A DNA stretch of 64,000 nt from Pecten maximus (taxonomy: Eukaryota). The stretch's first letter is position 1, and each line of letters opens with the position of its first letter. Position numbers and translations under genes: made by a program. The stretch covers positions 42,780,001 through 42,844,000 of the forward strand of contig NC_047022.1 of the NCBI RefSeq assembly GCF_902652985.1, read 5' to 3'. The notes under the pieces are model-generated. The model saw only the letters and a program-made list of their open reading frames with translations, was not told the DNA's origin and did no database searches. Below, piece by piece: positions 61,834 through 64,000 of the stretch.

Positions 61834-64000
61834 ATTAAGTTTTGCCCGATATATCACCATTTAAATGGCATTTGAACAAACGATCAAGCGGGTGAATTGA
61901 GAAATCAGTCCCTTGACACCCTTTTATGGATGATAAATTGGTATATTGCTTTCTTATATCCCTACAGGGGATAAGACATGGGTTCCCTACAGTGGATGAG
62001 ACGTTGGTGTAATACTTTCTGAGTTTCCTACAGAGGATCAGAACTGTGTGCTGTACATTCTGATTACGTAAGTATCCCACATGGGATAGTGCATGACTCT
62101 ACTAGATTCTTAGTAACCTGCAGTAGATGAGACATGGCTGTTCTACTTTCTGCGTTCTCTAATAGAGATAAGTGATGGTTGTACTACTTTGAGTTTCATA
62201 TGGAATGTACCCAAGTGGATAATAAGAAGAAGATCTGATTTCGATATTTTCATGCTTATTTTTACAAGTTTAAGGTCAGAGGTCAAATAAAAAACTTAGT
62301 CTATCTGTAGAGAATCTTCATTTTTCGATACTTTTCAAAAATTCTTTCATAGTATGATGCTGTATGTCATTTTGATGATTTTGATGTCTTTGGATTTTGG
62401 TAACATTTGTCGTTAACGCGGTACGCTATTTTGAATATTTCTTTTGATATTTTTGGTATGCCGACAACTCACATTTTAAGTTTCTTTTCAAATTCCACCA
62501 CGCATGTAGGTTAATGTAGCATATATAATTAAAAAGAACTAAAATCGTTATGTTTTTAAATAAATACATTATTTAACAATTTCCCCGTCAGTTCTGTTTG
62601 TTTCCTTGACCGAATTATAATGTTAGGTGTCCAACGTCCTTATCGGATTGTTTTCGTCGGTCCTCGTGTTGTCGCGTGGTTACGTGACCGGCACGAAGGA
62701 CTATATTAACACTTGGTCGGTAGATATGGCAGAGCACCCAACTCACGTATTTTGCCGTACAAACAAACGTGATACACTTGTTCATCGTACTAAGAAACTG
62801 AGAAAAAGTGCTGTACAGTCTTCTATGTATTCACGTACAGTTGCATAACGGCGTTATAAACTGGTATTAATTGACGAAGTGCCGATTAATTGACTACTTT
62901 TTTTTAATAATTTTGACGATGTTTGTCATTTTCGTAAGAATGCACAGCACTTTTCGTTGTTCTCGTACAATTACCTTCACGATCTTTTCTGTTTCACAAG
63001 TATCAAGTTTGGGTAGTAGGGTGCTCTAGGACGATTTATAGAGCTAGTGTTAATGTTCACGCTTCAATATTGGAACTCTTTAATGTTTTCAGTATCGAAA
63101 TCGGCATATAGAAACAAAGAAACGCTGATAGACGAATGCAATGAATCGTAATTAATTCAATTGATTATTTACAGATGATTTCCAAAGACAAAATGTATAG
63201 TTAGAAGTTTTCGGTTGTACAAACAAGTTTGTAGATTCGACACTGTGGCAAAACCACCGTCCTCGTCGTTGCCATGACAGCTGATCTAAGCCCCACGATC
63301 ACGAATTCACTGACAAAGTAAAAGTTGAAGTCTTTTGCGCAACATGCCGTTCCCCTTAAAACCACATTCACAACTCAAATTGATTAAGGTTGTTTTACCA
63401 GACATACTCAATTGATATAAAAGAAAACTAACAAAACCACTAAAAACCATAGAATGAAGCTTTCGTGTCAGGCAGTGCAGACACAGCGCAGGATATGTAA
63501 ACAATGTGACGTCATCGGAATGTACAAGTTGCACCAATGTACAACAATCTATATTTTACATGAATACACTAATGAGCAACGAAATGGAACGCAACCATAA
63601 CCCACATGCGCAGTGAGATTCAGCAAATGATTTGACAAAATGACTATGAGATGGTACTGACCATGTCTTGTTATCATGGGTTCGGTCCGAAATCAAATAT
63701 GGCCGCAATGGTGTCATATATTCAAAAAGTTTTAAATGGACCTAACTCAAAAAGTGTTCATTATACAGGGGTTATGTGACAATATTATTTGTAGAGAAAG
63801 TCTGGGGCAACTTTTTTTTTCACTAACACTTGAAGGTAAGAGATACATTTTTTTAAAAGTTCACTATGGGGTTAAAGGTCACCAAATTTTTAACTTTCAT
63901 TAGTGAACAATATGCGTCTCTAATTGGCCAAATGAAACCGATTAGGTGCATGTGCAATCGGCAACTTCATTTATTGTTGTCGTCGCCTCTGAGTTAGTGG

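Larger units (their letters stand above)
49769..64000 (+). repeat. Tandem macro-repeat; units start at 49769, 56313 and 62197 (6544 bp, 5884 bp, third unit runs off the window)
   Basis: CATATGGAATGTACC.AAGTGGATAATAAGAAGAAGATCTG opens each unit; units are collinear with scattered substitutions and indels. Confidence 0.97.

Overview
AT-rich animal genomic DNA, most likely bivalve mollusc (inferred from SINE/HINE repeat types), with a 500-N scaffold gap at 18610-19109. I find no intact host gene; the window is a stack of transposable elements. In order: the decayed 3' half and 3' LTR of a Ty3/Gypsy element (1-4059); an old diverged local duplication (~6.9-9.8 kb vs ~12.4-16.5 kb) whose second copy carries a Ginger1-type non-autonomous element with CCGG TSD and an internal satellite; a TTAA-flanked Kolobok-type element (20634-28456) hosting a near-intact RTEX-like LINE; a Helentron-type HINE; and a nest in which a CTAG-ended inverted-repeat element (29265-44841) holds a full-length CR1-like LINE (30942-44578), which in turn holds a very young Gmr1-like LTR retrotransposon with PR-INT-RT-RH order (31012-38084) and a pogo/Tc1-type MITE fragment. 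After that come a foldback-like Mutator (MULE) element with an internally deleted transposase (45362-49279) and a ~5.9-kb tandem macro-repeat (>2.3 copies, 49769-end) with Tc1 remnants, probable decayed exons and one SINE insertion with an unusual structured 5' leader. All calls are by eye; no database searches were run.
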